This document shows, piece by piece, positions 8,059-16,725 of a stretch of 58,557 nucleotides of DNA. The DNA comes from a virus, in UHGV virus genome UHGV-0155918; one strand, written 5' to 3'. Both the position numbers and the translations under genes were made by a program. Numbering within the stretch: the first letter of the stretch is position 1; every line of letters begins with the position of its first letter. The notes beneath the pieces are model-generated. The model saw only the letters and a list, made by a program, of their open reading frames with translations, made no database searches and was not told the DNA's origin.

Positions 8059-8253
8059 ATCACTGAGAATATAATTATTTCAATCCTTGTATCTGGGGAA
8101 TTGCTCCAGATACCACGCGCAGAGCATCCACTGCACGCGACACAAAAACATAAATTAAATGTTTTTCTTTTACTAAAAAGGCTATTGTTTCAATCCGTGG
8201 TCGCCGGGATCGCTGGCGGCACCACAACGGCAAGCATCCATGCCGTGCGACAT
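8010..8253 (-). ncRNA. candidate two-domain structured ncRNA
   Basis: Promoter TTGCAT-17-TAGACT (8288-8260), two 67-nt structural repeats with covarying stems, then terminator. Confidence 0.6.
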
Positions 8254-8498
8254 ATCTATAGTCTATCATCAGATCGGACAAAATGCAAGTAAATATTTTC
8301 AAACAAAGGGCAGCTTTTCCGGCTGCCTTTTCTTTTTGCCATGTCCAAAATCAGCAACGCGCCCGGGCATATCTTACAAAATCTCCGAAAAACCGTAAAC
8401 AAACTATAAAACTTTTCTTAAATTTTTATAAACAAGGCTAGGTTCATTAGGTCTTTGACAAGTTCCAAAATGATAGAATAGTATCAGTTTTTACAAAA

Positions 8499-8556
8499 AA
8501 TCGTCTGACAATCGTATGACATAAGGCGACACAATCGTCTGACGTCGCTTTTTCAG
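8499..8556 (+). repeat. iteron-like AATCGT(C/A)TGAC repeats matching the replication-initiator gene
   Basis: 3 copies; 8533-8556 matches 50377-50400 at 22/24 nt. Confidence 0.65.
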
Positions 8557-8770
8557 AACTATGTTTCTCTTTCTCTCTCTTTTTCTTAATCTTTTAGATT
8601 AATAATAATACACTGTATCTAAAGCCTATAGGTTGTAGAGTAAGTGTATATCCGCATATGCGCGCAGTGTAAGTATATAATACCACCGTAAAAAAATAAG
8701 TCTTGACTTTAAACCCGAAAATAGTGTATACCAAAAGCAGAGAGATTAAACAGAACGGAGGTGTGAATAT

Positions 8771-9454
8771 ATGCAGGATGTAAAGAGTGTAGAGAATGTA
8801 GATCTTACAACCCTTATAGTGGATCTAGGTACAGTACAAATATACACATCAACTGTACAAGATTTAATAGACAACGCTTGTATAGAATTTCACATCGAAG
8901 ATTTACTAAAAGCTGGACAGAGACAATGGAAAGCTGTTATGCAGTATGTTGGTATGCATCTATTCCCTGATACAAAAGTATTAAAGGACAAGAGTTTAAG
9001 CCCCCTTGGTAATGCAACTATACCGACTAACTGCAATAGATACGATAGAGAGGTATTATATAAGCTTTGTGATTATTATATATATATCTCCAATGTGTAT
9101 AGCAAGTTGGTGAGTACAGTAGCATTCAGCTATTTTTGTAATATACCCACTACAACATTTGACCTATGGAAAGACGAGGAACCAAGTTCAGTGGCTTTTA
9201 AGATTTGGCAAAAATTGCAACGATCACGCAAGGATTGTATACTAGATCGTGCGTATGACTCCAACAGCCCCGTAGGCACTATGTTCGTGGGTAATAACGA
9301 GTTCGGCATGAACCAGCCCGGCATTGGAGATAATGCCACCCAGCGCAAGGCAATCACAGCGCAGGAGCTGCCAAGATTGGACGAGAAAAAGAGTCAAGAA
9401 TTGCACGCAATTGATACACAATTTGTCGGTGTGGCTGCAAATAATACAGTTTAA
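8771..9454 (+). CDS. probable terminase small subunit
   Basis: HTH-like segment (STVAFSYFCNIPTTTFDLWKD) followed by PVGTMFVGNNEFG, reminiscent of TerS oligomerisation helices; upstream of terL. Confidence 0.55.
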   Translation: MQDVKSVENVDLTTLIVDLGTVQIYTSTVQDLIDNACIEFHIEDLLKAGQRQWKAVMQYVGMHLFPDTKVLKDKSLSPLGNATIPTNCNRYDREVLYKLCDYYIYISNVYSKLVSTVAFSYFCNIPTTTFDLWKDEEPSSVAFKIWQKLQRSRKDCILDRAYDSNSPVGTMFVGNNEFGMNQPGIGDNATQRKAITAQELPRLDEKKSQELHAIDTQFVGVAANNTV

Positions 9455-9757
9455 ATTGTGTGCGGTTATTCTACAATTCACAAATGCAGTAATATCAAGG
9501 GTTGTAGCGCTTTAACTATTCGTGAACTATTCGGAAAAGTTAGGTTTTGCGAATAGTTGCAAGGGTGTGACGTGAATTGTATTAAAACAATTTGATTTTC
9601 ACACAATGACAACAAAACGAAACGGAAAATATTTTATATTTCCATGTTTGCAAGAAAAGGATGGGGAGGGGGTCTAACAGAAAGGACCACCGGGCGGCTA
9701 CTAAGTCCCTTAAATACCTCAAAAAATAAAAAGTCTTATTCAGACAAAGGAGCATAC

Positions 9758-9937
9758 ATGAATCCAATGAAAATTACAGAGCCAATAGATTCTACAGACT
9801 CAGAAGAATTTCAAGAAGAGGTAAATAGAATGATAAAGTCTCTATCCGAGTCTTACGAGGTAGTAGACATTAAATATTCTACACACGTATTCAATGGCTG
9901 GAAGAGAGGTTATAGCGCAATAGTGCTTTACCGATAG
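9758..9937 (+). CDS. small hypothetical protein
   Basis: AAGGAG RBS; VVDIKYS...YSAIVLYR. Confidence 0.65.
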   Translation: MNPMKITEPIDSTDSEEFQEEVNRMIKSLSESYEVVDIKYSTHVFNGWKRGYSAIVLYR

Positions 9938-10091
9938 CAATAAAAAGCCACTTACAATAACACCCATTGACTTTCACTGTAAATAGGCTATAATAAATTT
10001 ATAACAATTCACTTTCACGTTGCGAATCGCAACTAAATTTCCAAAAATTTTTTAAAAACAAAAAAGAGTGTTTCGGACAGGAGAATGATAT

Positions 10092-10499
10092 ATGACCGGA
10101 AATGAGTATCAGGCATTAGCCATGCGGACAAATGATCGCAAGGCGACAGAAAGAATTTCGGATAAACTTGATTTGCTTAAATCTTGCAAGAAGAACAATA
10201 TCGCATCGTTGCAAGATTACGACCTTGGCGGCATCTTTAATGCTTGCCTTGGACTATCCGGTGAAGTTGGAGAATTCAACGACATAATTAAAAAATGGAT
10301 TTTCCATGAGAAGCAGCTTGATATTGACCACGCTAAGAAAGAAGCTGGCGATATTTGTTGGTATCTTGCAATGCTTTGCGAATCCTTCGGCTGGAGCCTT
10401 GATGAAATCATGCAAATGAACGTAGACAAACTTAAGGCACGTTATCCGGAAGGGTTTGACATTGAAAGAGCAAACCACAGGGCGGAGGGCGATGTGTAA
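10092..10499 (+). CDS. MazG-like nucleotide pyrophosphohydrolase
   Basis: LGLSGEVGEFNDIIKK...KEAGDICWYLA...NVDKLKARYP motifs. Confidence 0.9.
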   Translation: MTGNEYQALAMRTNDRKATERISDKLDLLKSCKKNNIASLQDYDLGGIFNACLGLSGEVGEFNDIIKKWIFHEKQLDIDHAKKEAGDICWYLAMLCESFGWSLDEIMQMNVDKLKARYPEGFDIERANHRAEGDV

Positions 10500-10858
10500 T
10501 GGCAAGCTGCAGCAATGAGCTGATGAAAACCGAGTATTCCGAAACCTTTGATGAAAAACGCAAAGGATTGATTGAACAGTCGTATTACAAATACGGACCG
10601 GCAAGAATGAACTTTTCTACCGGAAATGTGGATGCAATCGAAAGTTTGAAAATGAATCTTTCCAAGTTTGAAGAGACCGGGAATCTTGAATACCTGTGTG
10701 ATGTTGCAAACTATGCCATGTTCCGGTTTATGTTTCCACAGCAGGGCGAGTATTTCGAACATACGGACTCTGATTCATCTGCCGGGATCTTCGGTATGAG
10801 TGTAAATGAAATGGAACGATTCAAACAGGAACACAGCTTTGAGGATGGGAGATATTGA
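10499..10858 (+). CDS. hypothetical protein (dATP/dGTP pyrophosphohydrolase-like helical fold possible)
   Basis: YYKYG...EYLCDVANYAMF; coupled to MazG gene. Confidence 0.7.
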   Translation: MASCSNELMKTEYSETFDEKRKGLIEQSYYKYGPARMNFSTGNVDAIESLKMNLSKFEETGNLEYLCDVANYAMFRFMFPQQGEYFEHTDSDSSAGIFGMSVNEMERFKQEHSFEDGRY

Positions 10859-10859
10859 T

Positions 10860-11012
10860 ATGGCTTTGAAAGTTATTGCAACAGCGGCAGATGCCCTCGT
10901 AATACTGGGACTTATGAGAGGACAGGTAAAACAAAAAGACAATTCAAACGCAATGGGGTATTTGCTTTCATACGCGATCTTTGCAATGAATATTATGGTC
11001 ATTTGGAAATGA
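10860..11012 (+). CDS. small two-TM membrane protein
   Basis: Two hydrophobic segments. Confidence 0.6.
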   Translation: MALKVIATAADALVILGLMRGQVKQKDNSNAMGYLLSYAIFAMNIMVIWK

Positions 11013-11083
11013 TGGACTATCGCCAAGCGGTAAGGCACAGGATTTTGATTCCTGCATTCCGGGTTCGAATCCCGGTAGCCTAA
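11013..11083 (+). tRNA. tRNA-Gln(TTG)
   Basis: Cloverleaf; anticodon arm CAGGA-TTTTGAT-TCCTG; GGTTCGAATCC T-arm; one acceptor mismatch; no CCA. Confidence 0.85.
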
Positions 11084-11310
11084 TTGGTTGCATGCTGACG
11101 TTTCATGTAGCCACGTATGTTTTTCATATGTACTTGAACCCTTGGTTGAGTGATTCAAGCATTTGGGTTCCTCCTTTCGCCACTAGGACGATTCTGTTAA
11201 GGACGGTGCGAGACCGTCCGATGGCTTTCAATCATGCGTCTATCCAACGGCACATGATCGTGTAACGCATAGCACGTAAAATATATTGCTAACCGTCTGA
11301 TGACGGTTAT

Positions 11311-11382
11311 TGGGATTTAATTCAGTGGTAGAAGACACGGCTTATATCCGGGTTGTCACGGGTTCGATTCCTGCAATCCCAA
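11311..11382 (+). tRNA. tRNA-Ile(TAT), possibly degenerate
   Basis: TGGGATT/AATCCCA acceptor; loop CTTATAT; mismatches in anticodon and T stems. Confidence 0.65.
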
Positions 11383-11525
11383 CGCGTTGTAAAATATTGT
11401 TTATGTGACAAGGCTGACGAGTTTTGGTGTAATGAATGATGTTTTTCTTGTGATGGAAGCGTTGCCGGCTTAAAAAGCGTGGAAGCAGGACGATGAAAGT
11501 TCGTTGACGATATGTAGAAAATTTT

Positions 11526-11608
11526 GCAGTGTTCCCATAATGGTATTGGAGCCGGTTGCTATCCGGTCGGGCGTTTTCGTCTTGTAGGTTCGAGTCCTAC
11601 ACACTGCG
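11526..11608 (+). tRNA. tRNA-Ser(GCT)
   Basis: GCAGTGT/ACACTGC acceptor, G73, GCCGG-TTGCTAT-CCGGT, long variable arm. Confidence 0.85.
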
Positions 11609-11627
11609 CTTGCCCTAAATAGGGCGT

Positions 11628-11741
11628 TGATATGTGGCGGAAAAGGTAAACGCTATTGCCGTAAGATAATTCGTTGAAACCGGCAACCTAGATGACGAGA
11701 AGTGCACTAATCATGCATGGTGCAAATCCATGCCATATCAA
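11628..11741 (+). ncRNA. tRNA-like RNA with enlarged anticodon domain
   Basis: TGATATG/CATATCA acceptor, GCG-GAAAAGGTAAA-CGC D-arm, GCATGG-TGCAAAT-CCATGC T-arm, about 60-nt insert. Confidence 0.6.
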
Positions 11742-11819
11742 TTCAATTACATTTGTTACACACGAAAGACACGGAATCTCGCGAGGATTCCGATTTTTGC
11801 TATGATTGGGGTACAAAAT

Positions 11820-12092
11820 ATGACAAACTGCGTGAATTGCGGCGCACCAATCGAAACAGATAAAAAGGTGTGCCCTTATTGCAAAACTCCATATGATGTA
11901 AGCGGATTCAAAGCTGAAATAGGGGAAATGTTCTTCGGAGAAATCACGATTGGCGGAAGAACAAGCAGAGTATATCTAGGAAATGTAGAACGCAAGCAGT
12001 TATTAAACAGCGAACCGTATTTTGATACAGATGGTATTTTGCATCGTGAGATTCCGAGAGAAATAAGAAAATTTACTTTGATTGAGGCATGA
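11820..12092 (+). CDS. zinc-ribbon protein
   Basis: CVNCG...CPYCK. Confidence 0.7.
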   Translation: MTNCVNCGAPIETDKKVCPYCKTPYDVSGFKAEIGEMFFGEITIGGRTSRVYLGNVERKQLLNSEPYFDTDGILHREIPREIRKFTLIEA

Positions 12093-12095
12093 TTT

Positions 12096-12287
12096 ATGAC
12101 AAGTTGCTTAAATTGCGGAATGCTAATACTTGATTCCGAAGTTGATAACTGTCCTTATTGCAAATGCCAATTCTTATTTAAACAGATTCCGGGAAGGAAC
12201 ATCCCAGAAAATCAGCCGGATAAGGTAGAAACGGCAATATTTGAAAACGTGGTATTTAATAAAGGGGAGGGGCGTAAGAATGTGTGA
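12096..12287 (+). CDS. zinc-ribbon protein
   Basis: CLNCG...CPYCK. Confidence 0.6.
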   Translation: MTSCLNCGMLILDSEVDNCPYCKCQFLFKQIPGRNIPENQPDKVETAIFENVVFNKGEGRKNV

Positions 12288-12444
12288 TTTTTGTCGGTAT
12301 AAAAAGAAAATCATTGATTGTAAAGGAAATTTAGTCCTTTTTGGAGCTGAAAATAACATGATTTTCGACAATAGCGATGGAAAAGAGGTTGCAGGAGCCG
12401 TAAAAATTAATTTTTGCCCTATCTGCGGTAGAAAGCTGGTTTAG
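12280..12444 (+). CDS. small Cys protein (MCDFC...NFCPICGRKL)
   Basis: GGAGGGG RBS; CxxC pairs. Confidence 0.65.
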   Translation: MCDFCRYKKKIIDCKGNLVLFGAENNMIFDNSDGKEVAGAVKINFCPICGRKLV

Positions 12445-12446
12445 TA

Positions 12447-12716
12447 ATGGCAGAACCTTTAAGTAAATTAGCAGAAAAATGTAAAAGTTGCCCAAAATCT
12501 GAAAAATGTGACCATAAAAGAATGGAGCTATGCGCTTTAGCGGATTTGCCACCGCAAAATTGTGCAAGCGCTACACAAGACATTTTGATAGACAATATGG
12601 CACCTATATTGAGGGAAGAAATAAAAAGCCCTTTAAGCCCATTTCGGTACAAAGACGAATTAGAAAAAGCACTAAATGATTTGCATTTTGGAAATATGTT
12701 TATGAATGGTGCTTAG
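12447..12716 (+). CDS. hypothetical Cys-containing protein
   Basis: ORF in operon. Confidence 0.65.
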   Translation: MAEPLSKLAEKCKSCPKSEKCDHKRMELCALADLPPQNCASATQDILIDNMAPILREEIKSPLSPFRYKDELEKALNDLHFGNMFMNGA

Positions 12717-12731
12717 AAAGTTGGTGGAAGA

Positions 12732-13103
12732 ATGAAACCATTAGAAGAAATATTTTTTAGAGCTTGCGTGAATGAGCAGAAAAGAAAATTGCCTTCAAGC
12801 AATCGAGAATTGAGCATAAGAACTATTGGAAATATTTTTGAAAGACTTGGATTCTCATATAAGCAGTTAATGTATTATGTCAGAAAGTGGTGTGACAAGG
12901 GATTTTATGATTACGGAGTAACACTTGACTTGGGATGGTTTGAATTTGGTAAGCTGACCGGAGAATATAAACAGGTTTATGATTCTATGACAAGTACGGA
13001 CGGATGGAAAGATGGGGAGTTGGCAAATTATATTGTCAGCAATTCTTTTAATCGAAAGAGAATAACACCACTTGATATTCTATATATGTACGGATTGGTT
13101 TGA
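12732..13103 (+). CDS. hypothetical protein
   Basis: ORF in operon. Confidence 0.7.
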   Translation: MKPLEEIFFRACVNEQKRKLPSSNRELSIRTIGNIFERLGFSYKQLMYYVRKWCDKGFYDYGVTLDLGWFEFGKLTGEYKQVYDSMTSTDGWKDGELANYIVSNSFNRKRITPLDILYMYGLV

Positions 13104-13116
13104 AAGCTGGTGGAAT

Positions 13117-13509
13117 ATGTGTGATTACTATGGCAATGAATCGAAACAAATAATTGATGATAGAGAGAAGGATTCTATTTTGTACATTTCCGATTCAGAA
13201 AAAGAAATGAGAATTTTTCTTGAATATCTCAAAAAGAAAATGGATAACAACGGAAAAGAATGTTTCTTAGATGGAGAACATGATATTTTAAAAACAGAAA
13301 ATTACAATGTTGTCTGTAAAAGTATTCATGGTACTATACTTGGAGTCGGATATGGGTATTGTCTACATTACTGTTTTTCGAGAAATTTTGATAAGAGTAA
13401 GTGCAACGATATGGAAAAATGCTCGACGGAAGAAATTCTTGCGCACACAAGAGAGGGTGCAAAAGAAATATCGGAACTTGATATTTTATGTATGCTAGGG
13501 TTAGTTTGA
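13117..13509 (+). CDS. hypothetical protein
   Basis: ORF in operon; C-terminus LDIL.M.GLV shared with previous ORF. Confidence 0.65.
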   Translation: MCDYYGNESKQIIDDREKDSILYISDSEKEMRIFLEYLKKKMDNNGKECFLDGEHDILKTENYNVVCKSIHGTILGVGYGYCLHYCFSRNFDKSKCNDMEKCSTEEILAHTREGAKEISELDILCMLGLV

Positions 13510-13693
13510 AAGGCGGTGGAATGATGAAGCAGGAAAAAGAAATTTTATGCACATGTATTAACCATGAAAATTGTCCATTAGACCCGGTTAGTTGCGGATG
13601 TTCAATAGAAACTACGACTTTTGAAGATGCTTGTATGGGTAAAAGAACATTCATTCCGGGAATAATCGAATGTGATAAGTGAGGGTGGTTTAT

Positions 13694-13861
13694 ATGAAAC
13701 ATCAAAAAGAATGGTGTACTTGTGATCGTTGTGGTGCGGAAATTAAAAAAGGAATACTTTGCGGAAATTCCATTACAAGGAATGGCACTTTAAATACCAC
13801 ATACGACTTGTGCTATAAGTGTATGGAAGATTTTGAGGAGTTTATGAAGAATGATTGTTAA
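13694..13861 (+). CDS. small zinc-finger protein
   Basis: CDRCG...DLCYKC. Confidence 0.6.
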   Translation: MKHQKEWCTCDRCGAEIKKGILCGNSITRNGTLNTTYDLCYKCMEDFEEFMKNDC

Positions 13862-14066
13862 TATGGGAACCAAAACCTATGAAATGAGCCGCAAGCAGGC
13901 AAAGGCTATCATTGGAACGGCTAAGAAACTTGCAAATTGCAACATATACGGCATTGAAAAAGGCAATGTGGTGATTATGCTAAATGAAAAGTATGAGGAC
14001 GATATGAGCCTTAAAAAAGCCGTAGAGGAGTATAAGAAGAAAGGGTTCAAGGTGCATTGGAAATGA
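13851..14066 (+). CDS. hypothetical protein
   Basis: GAGGAG RBS. Confidence 0.7.
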   Translation: MIVNMGTKTYEMSRKQAKAIIGTAKKLANCNIYGIEKGNVVIMLNEKYEDDMSLKKAVEEYKKKGFKVHWK

Positions 14067-14245
14067 AAATAATCAAAGAAGGCAGCCTTAGGTACGAAAG
14101 AAAACCTTTAAAGTTTGGGTGTAAGAATTGCAAAACCGTTTTTGAAGCGGAAAAGACTGAATATGAATATTGTGGAGATCAAAGGGAAGGAGATAACTAC
14201 AAGTGTGAATGCCCATTGTGCCACAAAATGGTATATTACAATTAA
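14063..14245 (+). CDS. small zinc-ribbon protein
   Basis: CKNCK...CPLCH. Confidence 0.65.
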   Translation: MKIIKEGSLRYERKPLKFGCKNCKTVFEAEKTEYEYCGDQREGDNYKCECPLCHKMVYYN

Positions 14246-14339
14246 AAGACAACCGGCTAACAAATGGAGTTAGTCGCTAACCTAGAAAAATTATAGGCAG
14301 AGGTCAAGGCACTTCTGCTTTTGCGGAGGTGCTTTTTAT

Positions 14340-16127
14340 TTGGCTTCAAAGCAGTTAATCAATGCAGTAAATGGATATGAAAATTACATACAGAGAAAAG
14401 GCGTTGATGAACAGGTAATAGATGCCCTTTTGAAAGCGTGCAATGTGGCAATTCGGACGGAAAAAGACGTTGACTACGGATTGACTATAACCGAAAGAAC
14501 AAAGGATTTAATCAACGAATATACGCAGAAAAACGCGGGTGGTAGCATATGGGAACTTGAACGATATGCGCAGAATCACGACATTAAAGGCGGATACAAA
14601 CTTGTGGATCAGTTCTATGAAGTCTTGCGGTTAGAGAGCTTTTATCGCTTCGAGAGCTTCATCTACTTTATGGAGCGCAAAAGAAATTGGAGTAAACGGT
14701 TTTATTATCCGCGCCGCAAGACGCTGAATATAGTCGCTCAAGATCTTGAAGATTTGGAAAACCGGAAGATTAAATTTTACGGATTGTCAATGCCATCGCG
14801 TGTCGGTAAATCGACTATCTGTATTTTCTTCCTTGCGTGGGTGGCTTTGCGCAGACCGAACAGCCATAGTGCTATGGGTGGTCACTCCGGTATTTTGGCA
14901 AAAGGATTTTACAAAGAACTGATGAATCTTTTTACCACGGAAGAATATACATTTGCGGAACTTTTTGCTTATTGGCATCCGGAATATGCAAACGCAACAC
15001 TTCCGACAGACAAGAGCGCGGACGAATTTACGATTACGCTTGGAGATCCGGACAGATTTGCAACCGTAACGTGCCGTGGTATTGACGGAACGTGGACAGG
15101 AGCAGTCGATGTTTCAAAAGACGGATATTTGTATGTCGATGACTTGGTTCGTGATCGTGAGCACTCATTAAGTCCTACTCGAATGGAAAACACATACCAA
15201 GAGTACCTAAACAAGATGGTTGACCGTAAAAATGACGGTGCAAGGGAATTGATGGTTGGTACCCTTTGGAATGTTTTAGATCCATTGGAGCGAATGAGAA
15301 AGCAATATGAGCATGACCCACAATACCGATTCCGTAAGATTCCGGCACTTAATGAAAATGATGAAAGCAATTTCGCGTATGAAATCAACGGATTTTCCAC
15401 GGAATACTATCGGGATATGCGAGATAAGCTTGACAATGCCGAATGGATGGCTAAGTTTATGCAGCAACCATATGTCCGCGAGGGATTGCTTTATACGGAT
15501 TTGAGACTATTTAACGGAATCCTACCGGACGGAGATTTCCGGCGCATCGGAGTTGTGGATGTTGCCTGGGGCGGCGGCGATAGCTTGTCAATGCCGATTG
15601 GAGCAGAATATGAAAATGGTGATGTTTATATTTACGATTGGGTATTCAACAAAGGCACGAAAGAGGTAACAATCCCTCTTGTTGTTGGACGAATTATCGG
15701 GAATGAGATTCGGCAGACAAGATTTGAGGGAAATACCGGAGGAGATCTGTATTGCCAATATGTAGATGAAAAGTTGCAGGAACAGGACTATAAATGCTCA
15801 TGCACAAGTAGAAAAGCACCAAATAAGGTTGAAAAGTTATCGAAGATCATAGCATATTCCGGGGATGTTAAGAGAAAATTCATATTTCTTGATACGCACC
15901 GACCGACGCAGGAACAAATGAAGAAAGATTCAGATCTTGGAGTAACAAGATATTACAGAAATGACGAATATCAAGCGGCGATGGATGAACTTTCTATGTT
16001 TGTAAGTATTGGCGGTAATGAACACGACGATGCCGCAGACGGTTTAACCCAGCTTGAAATGTTTATAGAGAACCCAAACAATACCGCAAAGGTAGAAGCG
16101 GCAGTAAACCCATTTAGGAGGTATTAG
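14340..16127 (+). CDS. terL: terminase large subunit
   Basis: Walker A MPSRVGKS, Walker B YLYVDD, nuclease DVAWGGGD and C-terminal HDDAADG. Confidence 0.95.
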   Translation: MASKQLINAVNGYENYIQRKGVDEQVIDALLKACNVAIRTEKDVDYGLTITERTKDLINEYTQKNAGGSIWELERYAQNHDIKGGYKLVDQFYEVLRLESFYRFESFIYFMERKRNWSKRFYYPRRKTLNIVAQDLEDLENRKIKFYGLSMPSRVGKSTICIFFLAWVALRRPNSHSAMGGHSGILAKGFYKELMNLFTTEEYTFAELFAYWHPEYANATLPTDKSADEFTITLGDPDRFATVTCRGIDGTWTGAVDVSKDGYLYVDDLVRDREHSLSPTRMENTYQEYLNKMVDRKNDGARELMVGTLWNVLDPLERMRKQYEHDPQYRFRKIPALNENDESNFAYEINGFSTEYYRDMRDKLDNAEWMAKFMQQPYVREGLLYTDLRLFNGILPDGDFRRIGVVDVAWGGGDSLSMPIGAEYENGDVYIYDWVFNKGTKEVTIPLVVGRIIGNEIRQTRFEGNTGGDLYCQYVDEKLQEQDYKCSCTSRKAPNKVEKLSKIIAYSGDVKRKFIFLDTHRPTQEQMKKDSDLGVTRYYRNDEYQAAMDELSMFVSIGGNEHDDAADGLTQLEMFIENPNNTAKVEAAVNPFRRY

Positions 16128-16130
16128 GAT

Positions 16131-16565
16131 ATGACAACAGACAAATATCTTTCACAGATAAGTAGAATCGACCATGCGATTGCAAATAAGCTGGAAGAAA
16201 TCAAAAGGCTATCCGATATGGCAACATCTATATCCATATCCCCGAAAGAGGTGGATGTGCAATCATCCGGCAACCTCGACAAAATGGGGAGCGCGGTATC
16301 AAAGATTGTTGATCTGCAGAATGAAATCCAGACGCTTGTAGATGAATTGGTTGATAAAAGACGGATTATCATATCGCAAATTGACAGTATGGATAATACA
16401 GATGTATATATCGTGCTTTCATCGCATTATGTCAATGGGAAAGATTGGAACTTGATTTCCGTTGAGATGAAATATTCCTACAGGAACATTATGAAACTTA
16501 GAAAAAGAGCATTGCAGGAGTTTGAAAGACGTTATGGACAGCTTTACTCTGAAAAGAGTGCATAA
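16131..16565 (+). CDS. late transcriptional activator (ArpU/RinA/DUF1492-like)
   Basis: YLSQI...coiled coil...C-terminal sigma-4-like HTH (WNLISVEMKYSYRNIMKLRKRAL). Confidence 0.8.
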   Translation: MTTDKYLSQISRIDHAIANKLEEIKRLSDMATSISISPKEVDVQSSGNLDKMGSAVSKIVDLQNEIQTLVDELVDKRRIIISQIDSMDNTDVYIVLSSHYVNGKDWNLISVEMKYSYRNIMKLRKRALQEFERRYGQLYSEKSA

Positions 16566-16725
16566 AAGTACACAATAGTTCACACTCTTTCACAACATTT
16601 CCTAAAACTTGCATGGTATACTAAAAGAGTAGAAAAAACAAAATCCTACAACCCCAAAAGCATATAACCCGTAAAAAGCACTGTCAGAAATGGCGGTGTT
16701 TTTTATTTACAAGAAAGAGGTTGCT

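Noticed and set aside
8076..8252. Mini CRISPR array
   Set aside because: Two units only; conservation is structural rather than identical repeats; no cas genes
11290..11310. CTGATGA suggesting a hammerhead
   Set aside because: It lies in a simple AACCGTC/GACGGTT hairpin with no GAAA or stem III partner
11410..11700. CTGACGAG and GAAAC fragments as further hammerheads
   Set aside because: Could not build stems I-III around the core motifs
11013..11741. Stop-codon reassignment or suppressor tRNAs
   Set aside because: Genes are intact in the standard code and no CTA, TCA or TTA anticodon was found
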